From the NCBI GenBank assembly GCA_043716645.1, contig JAYSYH010000109.1, positions 42,941-106,940 of the forward strand: 64,000 bases of DNA, read 5' to 3'. Source of the stretch: Betaproteobacteria bacterium. Lineage in GTDB: Bacteria; Pseudomonadota; Gammaproteobacteria; Burkholderiales; Burkholderiaceae_C. Under the pieces are notes generated by a model. That model made no database searches, had not been told where the DNA came from, and worked only from the letters and a program-made list of their open reading frames with translations. The position numbers were made by a program, and so were the translations under genes. This document shows positions 1 to 9,020 of the stretch, one piece after another (positions within the stretch are counted from its first letter, which is position 1; every line of letters starts with the position of its first letter).

Positions 1-2450
1 TTGATCGACGAGGTGTAGCTGCCGTCGGTGCCCTGCACGTCGTACTTGGTGACGTAGTTGCCGTTCAGGCCCAGCGTCAGCCGGTCCGTCGGCGTCAGCG
101 CGATGCGGCCCTTCACATCCACGTCGATGCCTTCCACCTGGACCTTGCCCAGGTTGACCAGGCCTTGCAGGATGCCGGTGATCGGGCCCACGCCGCTGGC
201 GTTGCCGTCGGGGGCGCCGCGCTGGACGTAGGCCGCATAACGCGCCGGGTCACCCAAGATGGTGGCGGTGGACAGCGCACTGCGGATCACATCGCTGATC
301 TCTACCTTGTACAGGTCGAAGCCGAGCGACAGGTTCTTCACCGGTTCGATCACCAGACCCATGGTGTAGGACGTCGACTTTTCGGGCTGCAGCGCCGGGT
401 TGCCGCCGCCGATGGTGACGAACTGCGTGCTGCAGTCGATGATGCCGCTGGTGCCGATGGGGCAGCGCAGCAGGTCGCGGCTGCCATTGCTGGTGATGCC
501 GCGCGCTTCGGGGCTGTACAGGTCGGTCAGCAGCGGCGCGCGAAAACCGGTGCCCACCGAGGCGCGGAACAGCACTTCATCGACGGGGCGCCATTTCACC
601 GACGCCTTGGGGTTGGTGGTGCTGCCCACGCGCTGGTAGTTGTCGTAGCGCACGGCGGCGTTGAACTCCAGCGCCTTCAACACCGGCACGTTGACCTCGG
701 CGTAGGCCGAGGTCACGTTGCGGTCGGCCGCAAGTGGCACGCCGGGGGCACCGAAGCCGGCGATCAGGAACTGCCTGTTGGCGTCTGACGGCGCAATGGC
801 CAGCGCTTCCTTGCGGTACTCGGCACCCAGCGCCAGGCTGACCGCACCGGCCGGCAGGTTGAACAGTTCGCGCGAGGCCTTGGCGTCCACCCCCTTGACC
901 GTGTTGGTGGTCACGTTGAACAGCCCGTTGTAGGTGCTGTCCGTCGCGGCCTGGCGGGCCGCTGCATCGGTGGTGTCTCCGAAGGGGTTGATGACGCCGC
1001 TGTTGACCAGGTTCAAGTACTTGTCGGTCAAAGCCCAGCCCTGCGTCAGGTTGGTGGTGACCTTGTTCTTGCTGTAGACGCCGCCGATGTCGATGTCCCA
1101 GTTGGCCAGCGTGCCGCGCACGCCGGCCACCAGGCGCGTGTTGTCGATGACGTTCTCGGTCTTGCGGGTGCCCGTGGGCACCGAGCGGAACAGCAGCACC
1201 AGCGGCTGGCCCGCCAGCCCGTTGGCTGTGGCGAAGCTGGTCGGGTAGTAGGGGCTGGTCGGCGGCAGCAGCGCGAAGGCGTTGGCCACGCCCGTGGTGC
1301 CGGGCGGGAACAGCGCATTGCGCAGCGCCGTGGGCAAGGTCGGGTACTTGCTGTTGACCAGGTTGCTCAGCGAAGTGAAATACGGGCTGTTGGGCAGTTG
1401 CGCGGCGCCGTTGATCAGCACGTGCTGCGTGGTGTCTTCGACCTTGTTGCGCGTCAAGCCCGCTTCGGCGTAACCCTCGAAGCTGCTGCCCAGGTTCAGC
1501 CGGCCGGCCGCTGCCACGCTGGTCAACGTGGATTCGGGCTGCAGCGCGATGTAGGGCGCATTGTCATAACGGCACTGTGCCAATGTGGTCAGCGGCGAGA
1601 CCAGCGAATACGGCCCGCAATTCGGGTAATTCGGGTTCACGATCTGCCCGCTGGGCAAACGCACGTTGGCCGGGAAAGACGTGGTGCTGGTCTTATCGAG
1701 TTGCTCGGCCGCAAAGATGTTGCGGGCGAAGCTGCGATCGGAGCCGAAGATGGGCTTGACCGTGGCCATGCTGGCCGCCAGCGTGGCGGTGAATTTGTCA
1801 GTGTCGAAATCGCCGAAGCCGGCGACGACGCCGACTTTGGCTTCTCGGCCGCCGCCGGCACGGCTGGGGGCGCCAGCTGTGGCACTGGCCTCGACGCCTT
1901 TGAATTCACGGCGCAGGATGAAGTTCACCACACCGGCCATTGCATCGCTGCCGTAGACGGCCGAAGCGCCGTCCTTCAGCACCTCTACGCGCTCGATCAT
2001 CGCCACCGGAATGCTGGAAATGTCCACGCCCGACGAACCGCCGACGGCCGGCGCGCTGCGGCGGCCGTTGACCAGCACCAGCGTGCGCGATGTGCCCAGC
2101 CCGCGCAGCGACAGCAGAGACTGCCCGTTGGCGCCGCCCTGCCCGCCACCGGCGCCGCTGTTGGCCACTTGCGTGGCGCCGGCCGTGGACGTGGCCATCA
2201 CGCTCTTCAGCAACTGCTCGGCATTCGACGCCCCGGTGCGCGCGATGTCGTCCCGGTTCAGCACCTGCACCGGCAGCGCGGTTTCGGCTGCGATGCGCTT
2301 GATCGACGAGCCGGTGATTTCGATGCGTTCGGTGCTCTGCGCCAGGGCCTGCGTGTTCAGCAGCAACAGGGGGGTGATGGCGGCCGCGACGGTGGACAGG
2401 CGGTAACGCAGACGGGGACGGAGACGGAGACGGAGACGGGCAGGGCGCAT
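1..2450 (-). CDS. TonB-dependent receptor (3' end runs off the window)
   Basis: Manual translation from ATG at 2450 (RBS AGAGGA upstream): signal peptide, then 'ERIEITGSSIKR..ETALPVQVL', plug motifs 'SLRGLGTSRTLVLVNGRR' and 'IERVEVLKDGASAVYGSDAMAGVVNFILRR', then beta-barrel-like sequence. Absent from the ORF track because the stop is outside the window. Confidence 0.95.
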   Translation of the reverse strand, partial: MRPARLRLRLRPRLRYRLSTVAAAITPLLLLNTQALAQSTERIEITGSSIKRIAAETALPVQVLNRDDIARTGASNAEQLLKSVMATSTAGATQVANSGAGGGQGGANGQSLLSLRGLGTSRTLVLVNGRRSAPAVGGSSGVDISSIPVAMIERVEVLKDGASAVYGSDAMAGVVNFILRREFKGVEASATAGAPSRAGGGREAKVGVVAGFGDFDTDKFTATLAASMATVKPIFGSDRSFARNIFAAEQLDKTSTTSFPANVRLPSGQIVNPNYPNCGPYSLVSPLTTLAQCRYDNAPYIALQPESTLTSVAAAGRLNLGSSFEGYAEAGLTRNKVEDTTQHVLINGAAQLPNSPYFTSLSNLVNSKYPTLPTALRNALFPPGTTGVANAFALLPPTSPYYPTSFATANGLAGQPLVLLFRSVPTGTRKTENVIDNTRLVAGVRGTLANWDIDIGGVYSKNKVTTNLTQGWALTDKYLNLVNSGVINPFGDTTDAAARQAATDSTYNGLFNVTTNTVKGVDAKASRELFNLPAGAVSLALGAEYRKEALAIAPSDANRQFLIAGFGAPGVPLAADRNVTSAYAEVNVPVLKALEFNAAVRYDNYQRVGSTTNPKASVKWRPVDEVLFRASVGTGFRAPLLTDLYSPEARGITSNGSRDLLRCPIGTSGIIDCSTQFVTIGGGNPALQPEKSTSYTMGLVIEPVKNLSLGFDLYKVEISDVIRSALSTATILGDPARYAAYVQRGAPDGNASGVGPITGILQGLVNLGKVQVEGIDVDVKGRIALTPTDRLTLGLNGNYVTKYDVQGTDGSYTSSI
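2410..2439. repeat. Hexamer tandem repeat (AGACGG x5, one variant) in the receptor signal-peptide N-region
   Basis: Seen directly; encodes RLRLRLRPRL on the minus strand. Confidence 0.9.
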
Positions 2451-2552
2451 GAAGTTTCCTCTTTGGCGGCGTTGATGGCGGACGGTGGTCTGGGTCATCC
2501 AATTAGGCCCAATAAAACCACGATTGAATTCCCGCGGTCAGGCTAAAGCATT

Positions 2553-2568
2553 AGCAAGTTTCTTGCCT
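2553..2568 (-). promoter_or_regulatory. Putative sigma54 -24/-12 promoter for the TonB-dependent receptor
   Basis: Minus strand reads AGGCAAGAAACTTGCT: GG-N10-GC spacing with a TTGCT -12 box, ~100 bp upstream of the ATG. Confidence 0.55.
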
Positions 2569-2815
2569 GTGTTTGCCCATCAGCACAAACGCTTGTGGTG
2601 CGACAGACACCCGTTCCATTAAGCGGAACGGTGGTTCTCAGGTCTGGCCCAATTGAAAGCCAATCCCAGGAATTCTTTGGCCCTGACGACTTCGGATGGG
2701 GCGCGGCGGGCGGCAATTCCCCTAAAGTTGGTGATGTCTGAATCCGCGGCGTGGGCACCTCCGGTGCCAAGCCGGCCCCTTTTCAACTTCGATGCGATGA
2801 ACCGGAGCCTTCTGC

Positions 2816-4444
2816 ATGACAGCACCCGTGAACCGACGCGGTTTCATGGCCGCGAGCCTGCCTGTGTCCTTGGGCGCGGGCGTTGCTGCGGCCAGCGTGA
2901 TGCCTGACAAGGCGCAGGCTGCAGGAACGGCTGTGTCGGCGTCGCCATTGGAGGGCGTGGATGCGGCCACCTTGCAAGTCCGCATGGCCGCCGGCCGGCT
3001 CAGCGCGCTGGGTCTGACGCGTGCCTGTCTGCGCCGCATCGCGGCCATCGACCATGGCGGCCCGCAGTTGCGATCGGTGGTCGAGATCAACCCCGACGCG
3101 CTGGCTCAGGCCCGCACGCTGGACGCCGAGCGCAAGGCCGGCCGCGTGCGCGGGCCGCTGCACGGTCTGCCGGTGCTGATCAAGGACAACATCGCCACGG
3201 CCGACCGGATGGCCACCACCGGCGGTTCGCTGGCGCTGGCCGGTCTGCATGCGCAACGCGACGCCCATATCGTCACGCGGCTGCGCGAGGCCGGTGCGGT
3301 CATCCTGGGCAAGACCAACCTCAGCGAATGGGCCAACTTCCGCAGCACGCGCAGCAGCAGCGGCTGGAGCAGCCGCGGCGGCCAGACCAGGAACGCTTAC
3401 GCCTTGACGCGCACGCCCAGTGGCAGCAGTTCGGGTTCCGGCGTGGCGGTGGCCGCCGGGCTGTGCGTGTTCGCGGTGGGCACCGAAACCGACGGCTCCA
3501 TCGTGTCGCCAGCCAGCCGCAGCGGCATCGTTGGCTTCAAGCCGACCCTGGGCCGGGTCAGCCGCGACGGCATCATCCCCATTGCGGCCTCGCAAGACAC
3601 GGCCGGGCCGATGGCGCGCAGCGTGGCCGACGCGGCGTTGCTGATGTCGGTGCTGGCCGGGCCCGATGCCCGCGACGCCACCACTGCAGCCGTGCCGGCT
3701 GACACCGCGAACCCCAGCTACCTGCGTGCTTTGAAAGTCGACGCTTTGCAGGGCGCGCGCATCGGCGTGGTGCGCAGCCCGCTGCCCAACCAGCCGCAGG
3801 CGCTGGCCCTGTTCGAAGCTGCGTTGCAGGTGTTGCAGGCGCAGGGTGCGGTGCTGGTCGAGAACCTGAACATTCCCAACCGCGAAAAATACGCGACCAC
3901 CGAAACGACGGTGTTACTGCACGAATTCAAGGACGGCGTGGCGAAATACCTGGCCGCTTTCCAGCCCGACGCGCCGGTGAAGAACTTGCAGGATCTGATC
4001 GCCTGGAACACCGCCCACGCCGCCCTGACCATGCCCTTCTTCGGGCAGGAACTGGTGCTGCAGGCCGAGGCCACGACGGGCCTGGACAGCAAGGACTACA
4101 CCCAGGCGCTGGCGGTCAATCACCGCTACTCGCGTGCTGAAGGCCTGGACGCATTGTTCGCCGAACACCGCCTGGACGCGGTGGTCACCGCCACCGGCAA
4201 CCCGGCCTGGCGCATCGACCACGTCCTGGGCGACTTCAGCACGCGCGCCGGCTTCACCGCGCCGTTCGCGGTGTCGGGCTACCCGCACATCACCGTGCCG
4301 ATGGGCCTGGTCGCCGAGCTGCCGGTCGGCTTGTCTTTCGGCGCGCTGGCTTGGCAGGACGCAAAGCTGCTGGGCATCGCCTACGCCTACGAACAAGCCA
4401 GCCGCATGCGCCGGCCGCCCAAGTTTCTGGCCGACGCCGGCTGA
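2816..4444 (+). CDS. Amidase-signature family amidase with Tat signal peptide
   Basis: NRRGFM twin-arginine motif; GPLHGLPVLIKDNI (catalytic Lys), GKTNLSEWANFRS, GSSSGS, GTETDGSIVSPA (Ser-cisSer-Lys triad). Confidence 0.92.
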   Translation: MTAPVNRRGFMAASLPVSLGAGVAAASVMPDKAQAAGTAVSASPLEGVDAATLQVRMAAGRLSALGLTRACLRRIAAIDHGGPQLRSVVEINPDALAQARTLDAERKAGRVRGPLHGLPVLIKDNIATADRMATTGGSLALAGLHAQRDAHIVTRLREAGAVILGKTNLSEWANFRSTRSSSGWSSRGGQTRNAYALTRTPSGSSSGSGVAVAAGLCVFAVGTETDGSIVSPASRSGIVGFKPTLGRVSRDGIIPIAASQDTAGPMARSVADAALLMSVLAGPDARDATTAAVPADTANPSYLRALKVDALQGARIGVVRSPLPNQPQALALFEAALQVLQAQGAVLVENLNIPNREKYATTETTVLLHEFKDGVAKYLAAFQPDAPVKNLQDLIAWNTAHAALTMPFFGQELVLQAEATTGLDSKDYTQALAVNHRYSRAEGLDALFAEHRLDAVVTATGNPAWRIDHVLGDFSTRAGFTAPFAVSGYPHITVPMGLVAELPVGLSFGALAWQDAKLLGIAYAYEQASRMRRPPKFLADAG

Positions 4445-4484
4445 AGCTGGATTTCGAAACACCAACAACCACACGAGACCCGAG

Positions 4485-5738
4485 ATGCACACCACCTGCT
4501 ACAAACTGACAGCTGCCGCCTTGCTGGCCAGCGGCACCTTCTGGGCCCACGCCCAGACCCCGCCGGCCACCGCGCCGGCAGCTGCAGCGCCGCCCGCACC
4601 GTCCTGGCAACAAGGCCGCACGGCAGAACAGAACGCGTCACCGCTGCACCCCATCGCGCCCATCTTCACCGGCCGTCCGGCCAGTGAACTGCCGGTGAAC
4701 ACGCTGAAGGTGCCGGCCGGCTTCAAGATTGAGGTCTACGCCGACGGCATCCCCGAAGCGCGCTCGCTCGCCTTGGGCGACAAGGGCACGGTCTTTGTCA
4801 GCAACCGCAACCTGAGCGATGTCTACGCCATCGTCGAGAAGGACGGCAAGCGAGAGGTCAAGCGCATCCTGAAGGGCCTGAAGTCGCCCAACGGCGTGGC
4901 CTTCGACAAGGGCACGCTCTATGTCGCCGAACGCGGCCGCATCACGCGTTACGACGGCATCGAAGACCGCCTGGACAGCCCGCCTGAATCGCAGGTGGCC
5001 AAGGTCGTCATCGACAACCTCGACCCCACCAACCAGGCCGGCCACTTCTGGAAGTTCCTGGCGATGGGGCCTGACGGCAAGCTGTACTTCAACATCGGTT
5101 CGCCGGGCAACATCGTGATGCCGGGCACCAGCCAGGCCAGCATCAACCGCGTCGACCCGAAAACCGGCGTGATGGAACAGTACGCGCGCGGCGTGCGCAA
5201 CACGGTCGGCTTCGACTGGCACCCGAAGACCAAGGACCTGTGGTTCACCAACCATGCGCGCGACTGGGTCAGCGACGACCTGCCCAACGACACGCTGAAC
5301 CGCGCGGCCAAGCCGGGCATGAACTTCGGCTACCCGTTCTGCCACCAGGGCGACCTGCTCGACCCCGAATTCGGCAAGAACCGCAGCTGCGCCGAATTCG
5401 ACGCGCCGGTGATGAACCTGGGCGCCCACATTGCCCCGCTGGGGATGCGGTTCTACACCGGCAAGATGTTCCCGGCGGCTTACCAGAACAGCATGTTCAT
5501 CGCGATGCACGGCTCGTGGAACCGCAGCACCAAGCAGGGCTACAACGTGATGCAGGTGACGCTGGACGGCAAGGGCGTGCCGACACTGAAGCCCTTCCTC
5601 GAGGGCTTCCTGACCGATCCCAAGGCCGACCCGCCGATGTGGGGCCGCCCGGTCGACGTGCTGGTGATGAAGGACGGCGCGCTGTTGGTGTCTGACGACT
5701 ACAACGGCATCGTCTACCGCGTCAGCTACAAGCCATGA
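4485..5738 (+). CDS. Glucose/sorbosone (PQQ-type) dehydrogenase-family beta-propeller protein, secreted
   Basis: Start chosen at ATG 4485 (signal peptide follows); motifs GPDGKLYFNIGSPGN, ARGVRNTVGFDWHP, NFGYPFCHQG, AHIAPLGMRFY, HGSWNRS, GRPVDV, LLVSDD. Confidence 0.88.
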   Translation: MHTTCYKLTAAALLASGTFWAHAQTPPATAPAAAAPPAPSWQQGRTAEQNASPLHPIAPIFTGRPASELPVNTLKVPAGFKIEVYADGIPEARSLALGDKGTVFVSNRNLSDVYAIVEKDGKREVKRILKGLKSPNGVAFDKGTLYVAERGRITRYDGIEDRLDSPPESQVAKVVIDNLDPTNQAGHFWKFLAMGPDGKLYFNIGSPGNIVMPGTSQASINRVDPKTGVMEQYARGVRNTVGFDWHPKTKDLWFTNHARDWVSDDLPNDTLNRAAKPGMNFGYPFCHQGDLLDPEFGKNRSCAEFDAPVMNLGAHIAPLGMRFYTGKMFPAAYQNSMFIAMHGSWNRSTKQGYNVMQVTLDGKGVPTLKPFLEGFLTDPKADPPMWGRPVDVLVMKDGALLVSDDYNGIVYRVSYKP

Positions 5739-6319
5739 CCCGGCTGCACATCGCCGGCAGCCTGGCGGCGCTGTGCGTGCTGGCGGCTGTGTCGGCCCGG
5801 GCGGCGGACCCCGACGCGCCGTGGCAGCCGGCCCTGACCTGCGCCGCCTGCCACGGCGCCCGTGGCAATTCGCCGACGCCCGAGGTGCCATCGCTGGCCG
5901 GCCAGCCCAAGCAGTTCATCACCACGCAGCTGGTGATGTTCCGCGAGGGCCGGCGGCTGAACCCGGTGATGGCCGCGCTGACCGCGAACCTGAGCAACGC
6001 CGACATCAACGCGCTGGGCGGCTATTACGCCGCCTTGCCCGCGGTGGCTGCGGCGACACCGCAAAGTGAAGACCACCAGAAAGCCGGCCGCGCCCGCGCC
6101 GAGCAGCTGAATTGCGTGCAGTGCCACGGCGCAGCGCTGAAGGGCCAACAGCACATCCCGCGGCTGGCCGGGCAACAGGCGGCCTACCTGCGCACGCAGC
6201 TGCACGGCTTCAAGGCGCAGACGCGTTTCGACATGGACGGCAACATGACATCGGCCGCGCAGGCGATGACGGCTGACGACATCGAACTGCTGGCCACCTA
6301 CCTGGCGGCGCTGCCCTGA
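5735..6319 (+). CDS. Diheme c-type cytochrome (c4/c553-like)
   Basis: Signal peptide, two CxxCH motifs (CAACH, CVQCH), P-x-LAGQ motifs; ATGA overlap with the upstream dehydrogenase. Confidence 0.92.
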   Translation: MTRLHIAGSLAALCVLAAVSARAADPDAPWQPALTCAACHGARGNSPTPEVPSLAGQPKQFITTQLVMFREGRRLNPVMAALTANLSNADINALGGYYAALPAVAAATPQSEDHQKAGRARAEQLNCVQCHGAALKGQQHIPRLAGQQAAYLRTQLHGFKAQTRFDMDGNMTSAAQAMTADDIELLATYLAALP

Positions 6320-6370
6320 AATCGGCGCGTTGGCCAGATACTCTGCTGTGCACCTGACAACGGAGACACC

Positions 6371-7438
6371 ATGAAGCTGCCCGAACTTGCGCGCAAAGCC
6401 CCGCCGGACTTGCCTGCCCTTCATGCCCTTCGTGCGCTTTATGCCGTTGCCCTGTATGCCCTTTATGCGCTGGCCTCCAGCCTGACGCTGCTTGCGGGCA
6501 GCGCACACGCCCAGGAAAAATTCACCTACCTGACCAACTGGTACGCCGAGGCCGAGCACGGCGGCTTCTACCAGGCGCTGGCGACTGGGCTGTACAAGAA
6601 AGAGGGCCTGGATGTCAGCATCCGCATGGGCGGCCCGCAGGTGAACGGTTTGCAAGTGCTCGCCGCCGGGCAGGTCGACTGCATCATGGGCTACGACGTG
6701 CAGACCATGAAGGCGCACGAACAAGGCATCACCGCGGTGACGGTGGCGGCCGCCTTCCAAAAAGACCCGCAGGTGATGATCGGTCACCCCGAGAACTTCA
6801 AGCAGATGGCCGACCTGAAGGGCAAGACCATCCTGATCTCGGGCGACGCCCGCAGCAATTTCTGGCCCTGGTTGCAGGCCACCTTCAAGCTCGACGAGAA
6901 GCAGGTGCGGCCCTACACCTTCAACATCCAGCCCTTCGTGGCCGACAAGAACGTGGTGCAGCAGGGTTACCTGTCCAGCGAACCGTACGCCATCGAAAAG
7001 CAGGCCAAGTTCAAGCCGAACGCCTTCTTGCTGTCCGACCACGGCTGGCCGCCTTACACCACCACCATCGTCTGCATGCAAAGCACGCTGCAGAAGAAGC
7101 CCAAGCAGGTGGCGGCCTTCGTGAAGGCCAGCATGCAGGGCTGGAAGGACTACATGACGGGTGACCCCAAAGCCGTGTCCGCGGCGAATGCGTTGATCCG
7201 CAAGGACAACCCGAACATGGGCGAGGACGAGTTGCTGAACGGCATCCGTGTGCTCAACGAGGCCGGCATGGTGCTGGGCGGTGACGCCAGGACGCTGGGC
7301 GTGGGCATCGTCACCGACGCGCGCATGCAGAAGACCTACGACATGCTGGTGAACATGAAGCTGCTGAACCCGGCGAAGGTCGACTTGAAGAAGACTTACA
7401 CCACGCAATTCGTCAAGGACCTGAAGGTGCTGCCCTGA
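6371..7438 (+). CDS. ABC transporter substrate-binding protein, NMT1/THI5 (NitT/TauT) type
   Basis: TNWYAEAEHGGFYQALATGLY..GLDVSIRMGGPQVN N-terminal motif; RBS GGAG; followed by ATPase and permease genes. Confidence 0.88.
   Translation: MKLPELARKAPPDLPALHALRALYAVALYALYALASSLTLLAGSAHAQEKFTYLTNWYAEAEHGGFYQALATGLYKKEGLDVSIRMGGPQVNGLQVLAAGQVDCIMGYDVQTMKAHEQGITAVTVAAAFQKDPQVMIGHPENFKQMADLKGKTILISGDARSNFWPWLQATFKLDEKQVRPYTFNIQPFVADKNVVQQGYLSSEPYAIEKQAKFKPNAFLLSDHGWPPYTTTIVCMQSTLQKKPKQVAAFVKASMQGWKDYMTGDPKAVSAANALIRKDNPNMGEDELLNGIRVLNEAGMVLGGDARTLGVGIVTDARMQKTYDMLVNMKLLNPAKVDLKKTYTTQFVKDLKVLP
6415..6473. repeat. Degenerate 9-bp tandem repeat (TGCCCTTYR-like) in the signal-peptide coding region
   Basis: tgcccttca tgcccttcg tgcgcttta ... 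tgccctgta tgcccttta tgcgctggc, encoding ALHALRALYAVALYALYALA. Confidence 0.75.
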
Positions 7439-8241
7439 CGCCTGGCGCCCACAGCAGCGGGCCGTCGGCCGTTGAAGTCCTGTCGGCTGAAAAGACCTAC
7501 CCGAACGGCACGCGAGCGTTGCTGCCCGTCAACCTGACGGTGCGCGAAGGCGAGTTCGTCACGCTGCTGGGCCCCAGCGGTTGTGGCAAGAGCACGCTAT
7601 TGAAGATGGTGGCCGGCCTGCTGCAACCCAGCGCCGGCCGCCTGCTGTTGTGGGGCCAGACGGTGGACCGGGTCGAAGCTGGCGGCCACCGCCTGAGCTT
7701 TGTCTTCCAGGAAGCCACGCTGATGCCCTGGGCCCGCGTGCGCGGCAACGTGCGCCTGCCGTTGGACCTGGCCGGTTTGCCCATCGGCGTGGCCGCGCCG
7801 CGCGTGGAAAGCGCGCTGCAATTGGTGGGACTGAGCAAATTCGGCGACAGCCTGCCGCGCGAACTGAGTGGCGGCATGCAGATGCGCGTGTCCATCGCAC
7901 GCAGCCTGGTCACGCAGCCGCAGCTGCTGCTGATGGACGAGCCTTTCGGTGCGCTGGACGAGATCACCCGCAACCGGCTGGACACCGATTTGCTGGCGCT
8001 CTGGCAGCGTCAGAAACTGACCATCGTCTTCGTCACGCACTCGATCCACGAGGCGGTGTTCCTGAGCCAGCGCGTGGTGGTGATGGCCGCGCGGCCGGGG
8101 CGCATCGTCGATGAATTCGCCATCGCCGAACCCTATCCGCGCCGCGCCGATTTTCGCGTGTCCACAGCCTTCAGCCAGCACGCGAAGCTGCTGCAGGACA
8201 GCCTGTTGCGTGCAAGTGGCGCAGAGGCGGACTTGGCATGA
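7435..8241 (+). CDS. ABC transporter ATP-binding protein (NitT/TauT type); probable CTG start at 7435 (ORF track start is 7519)
   Basis: Walker [17 protein letters not shown] signature, LLLMDEPFGALD, VTHS. The frame stays open upstream of 7519 through the N-terminal strand 'VEVLSAEKTY'. Start position is uncertain. Confidence 0.9.
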   Translation: MTPGAHSSGPSAVEVLSAEKTYPNGTRALLPVNLTVREGEFVTLLGPSGCGKSTLLKMVAGLLQPSAGRLLLWGQTVDRVEAGGHRLSFVFQEATLMPWARVRGNVRLPLDLAGLPIGVAAPRVESALQLVGLSKFGDSLPRELSGGMQMRVSIARSLVTQPQLLLMDEPFGALDEITRNRLDTDLLALWQRQKLTIVFVTHSIHEAVFLSQRVVVMAARPGRIVDEFAIAEPYPRRADFRVSTAFSQHAKLLQDSLLRASGAEADLA

Positions 8242-9020
8242 ATGCCAACGCCCAGAAGTTTGTCTGGCCGCTGATGGTGGCGGTGGTGATGATCGCCTTG
8301 TGGCACGGCCTGGTCGTCCATTTCGAGGTGCCGGTCTTCCTGGTGCCGCCGCCTTTGCGCGTGGCGCAAGTGCTGTTCGAAGATGCCGGTTTGTTGTTCG
8401 GCGCGCTGTTCACGACGATGAAGATCACGCTGCTGGCCTTCGTTTGCGCCACGCTGCTGGGGGTGCTGATCGCCTTCGCTTTCGTGCAGAGCCGGGTCAT
8501 CGAAACGGCGCTGTTTCCCTACGCCGTACTGCTGCAGGTGACGCCCATCGTGGCCATCGCGCCGCTGATCATCATCTGGGTCAAGGAGCCGACGGCGTCG
8601 TTGGTGATCTGCGCCACGCTGGTGGCCTTGTTTCCGATCATCGCCAACACCACGCTGGGTTTGCGCAGCGTGAACCCCGGGTTGTTGAGCTACTTCCGCC
8701 TGAACCGCGCATCGCGCTGGCAGACGCTGGTGCGGCTGCGCATACCGAGTGCGCTGCCGTATTTCTTCGGCGGGTTGCGCATCAGCAGCGGCTTGTCATT
8801 GATCGGCGCGGTGGTGGCCGAATTCGTGGCCGGCACCGGCGGCACCGGCACCGGGCTGGCGTACCAGATCCTGCAAGCCGGCTACCAGCTCAACATACCG
8901 CGCATGTTCGCGGCGCTGCTGCTGATCACCGTCACCGGCGTGCTGCTGTTTGCGGCGATGGCCGGCTTGTCGAAGTGGGCGCTGGGCGGCTGGCACGACA
9001 GTGAGCAGACCCATGACTGA
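8238..9020 (+). CDS. ABC transporter permease (NitT/TauT type)
   Basis: Multiple TM segments, LQVTPIVAIAPLIIIW, EAA-like loop 'ASRWQTLVRLRIPSALPYFF', GAVVAEF; ATGA overlap. Confidence 0.92.
   Translation: MNANAQKFVWPLMVAVVMIALWHGLVVHFEVPVFLVPPPLRVAQVLFEDAGLLFGALFTTMKITLLAFVCATLLGVLIAFAFVQSRVIETALFPYAVLLQVTPIVAIAPLIIIWVKEPTASLVICATLVALFPIIANTTLGLRSVNPGLLSYFRLNRASRWQTLVRLRIPSALPYFFGGLRISSGLSLIGAVVAEFVAGTGGTGTGLAYQILQAGYQLNIPRMFAALLLITVTGVLLFAAMAGLSKWALGGWHDSEQTHD

Noticed and set aside
165-2546. Plus-strand ORFs 165-788 and 1398-2546
   Set aside because: Antisense shadows of the TonB-dependent receptor, common in high-GC DNA; no recognisable motifs.
4134-4484. N-terminal extension of the dehydrogenase ORF overlapping the amidase
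   Set aside because: Non-protein-like sequence; the signal peptide begins at ATG 4485.
6330-6348. TGGCCAGATACTCTGCT as a sigma54 promoter before the binding protein
   Set aside because: GG-to-GC spacing is 11, not the required 10.
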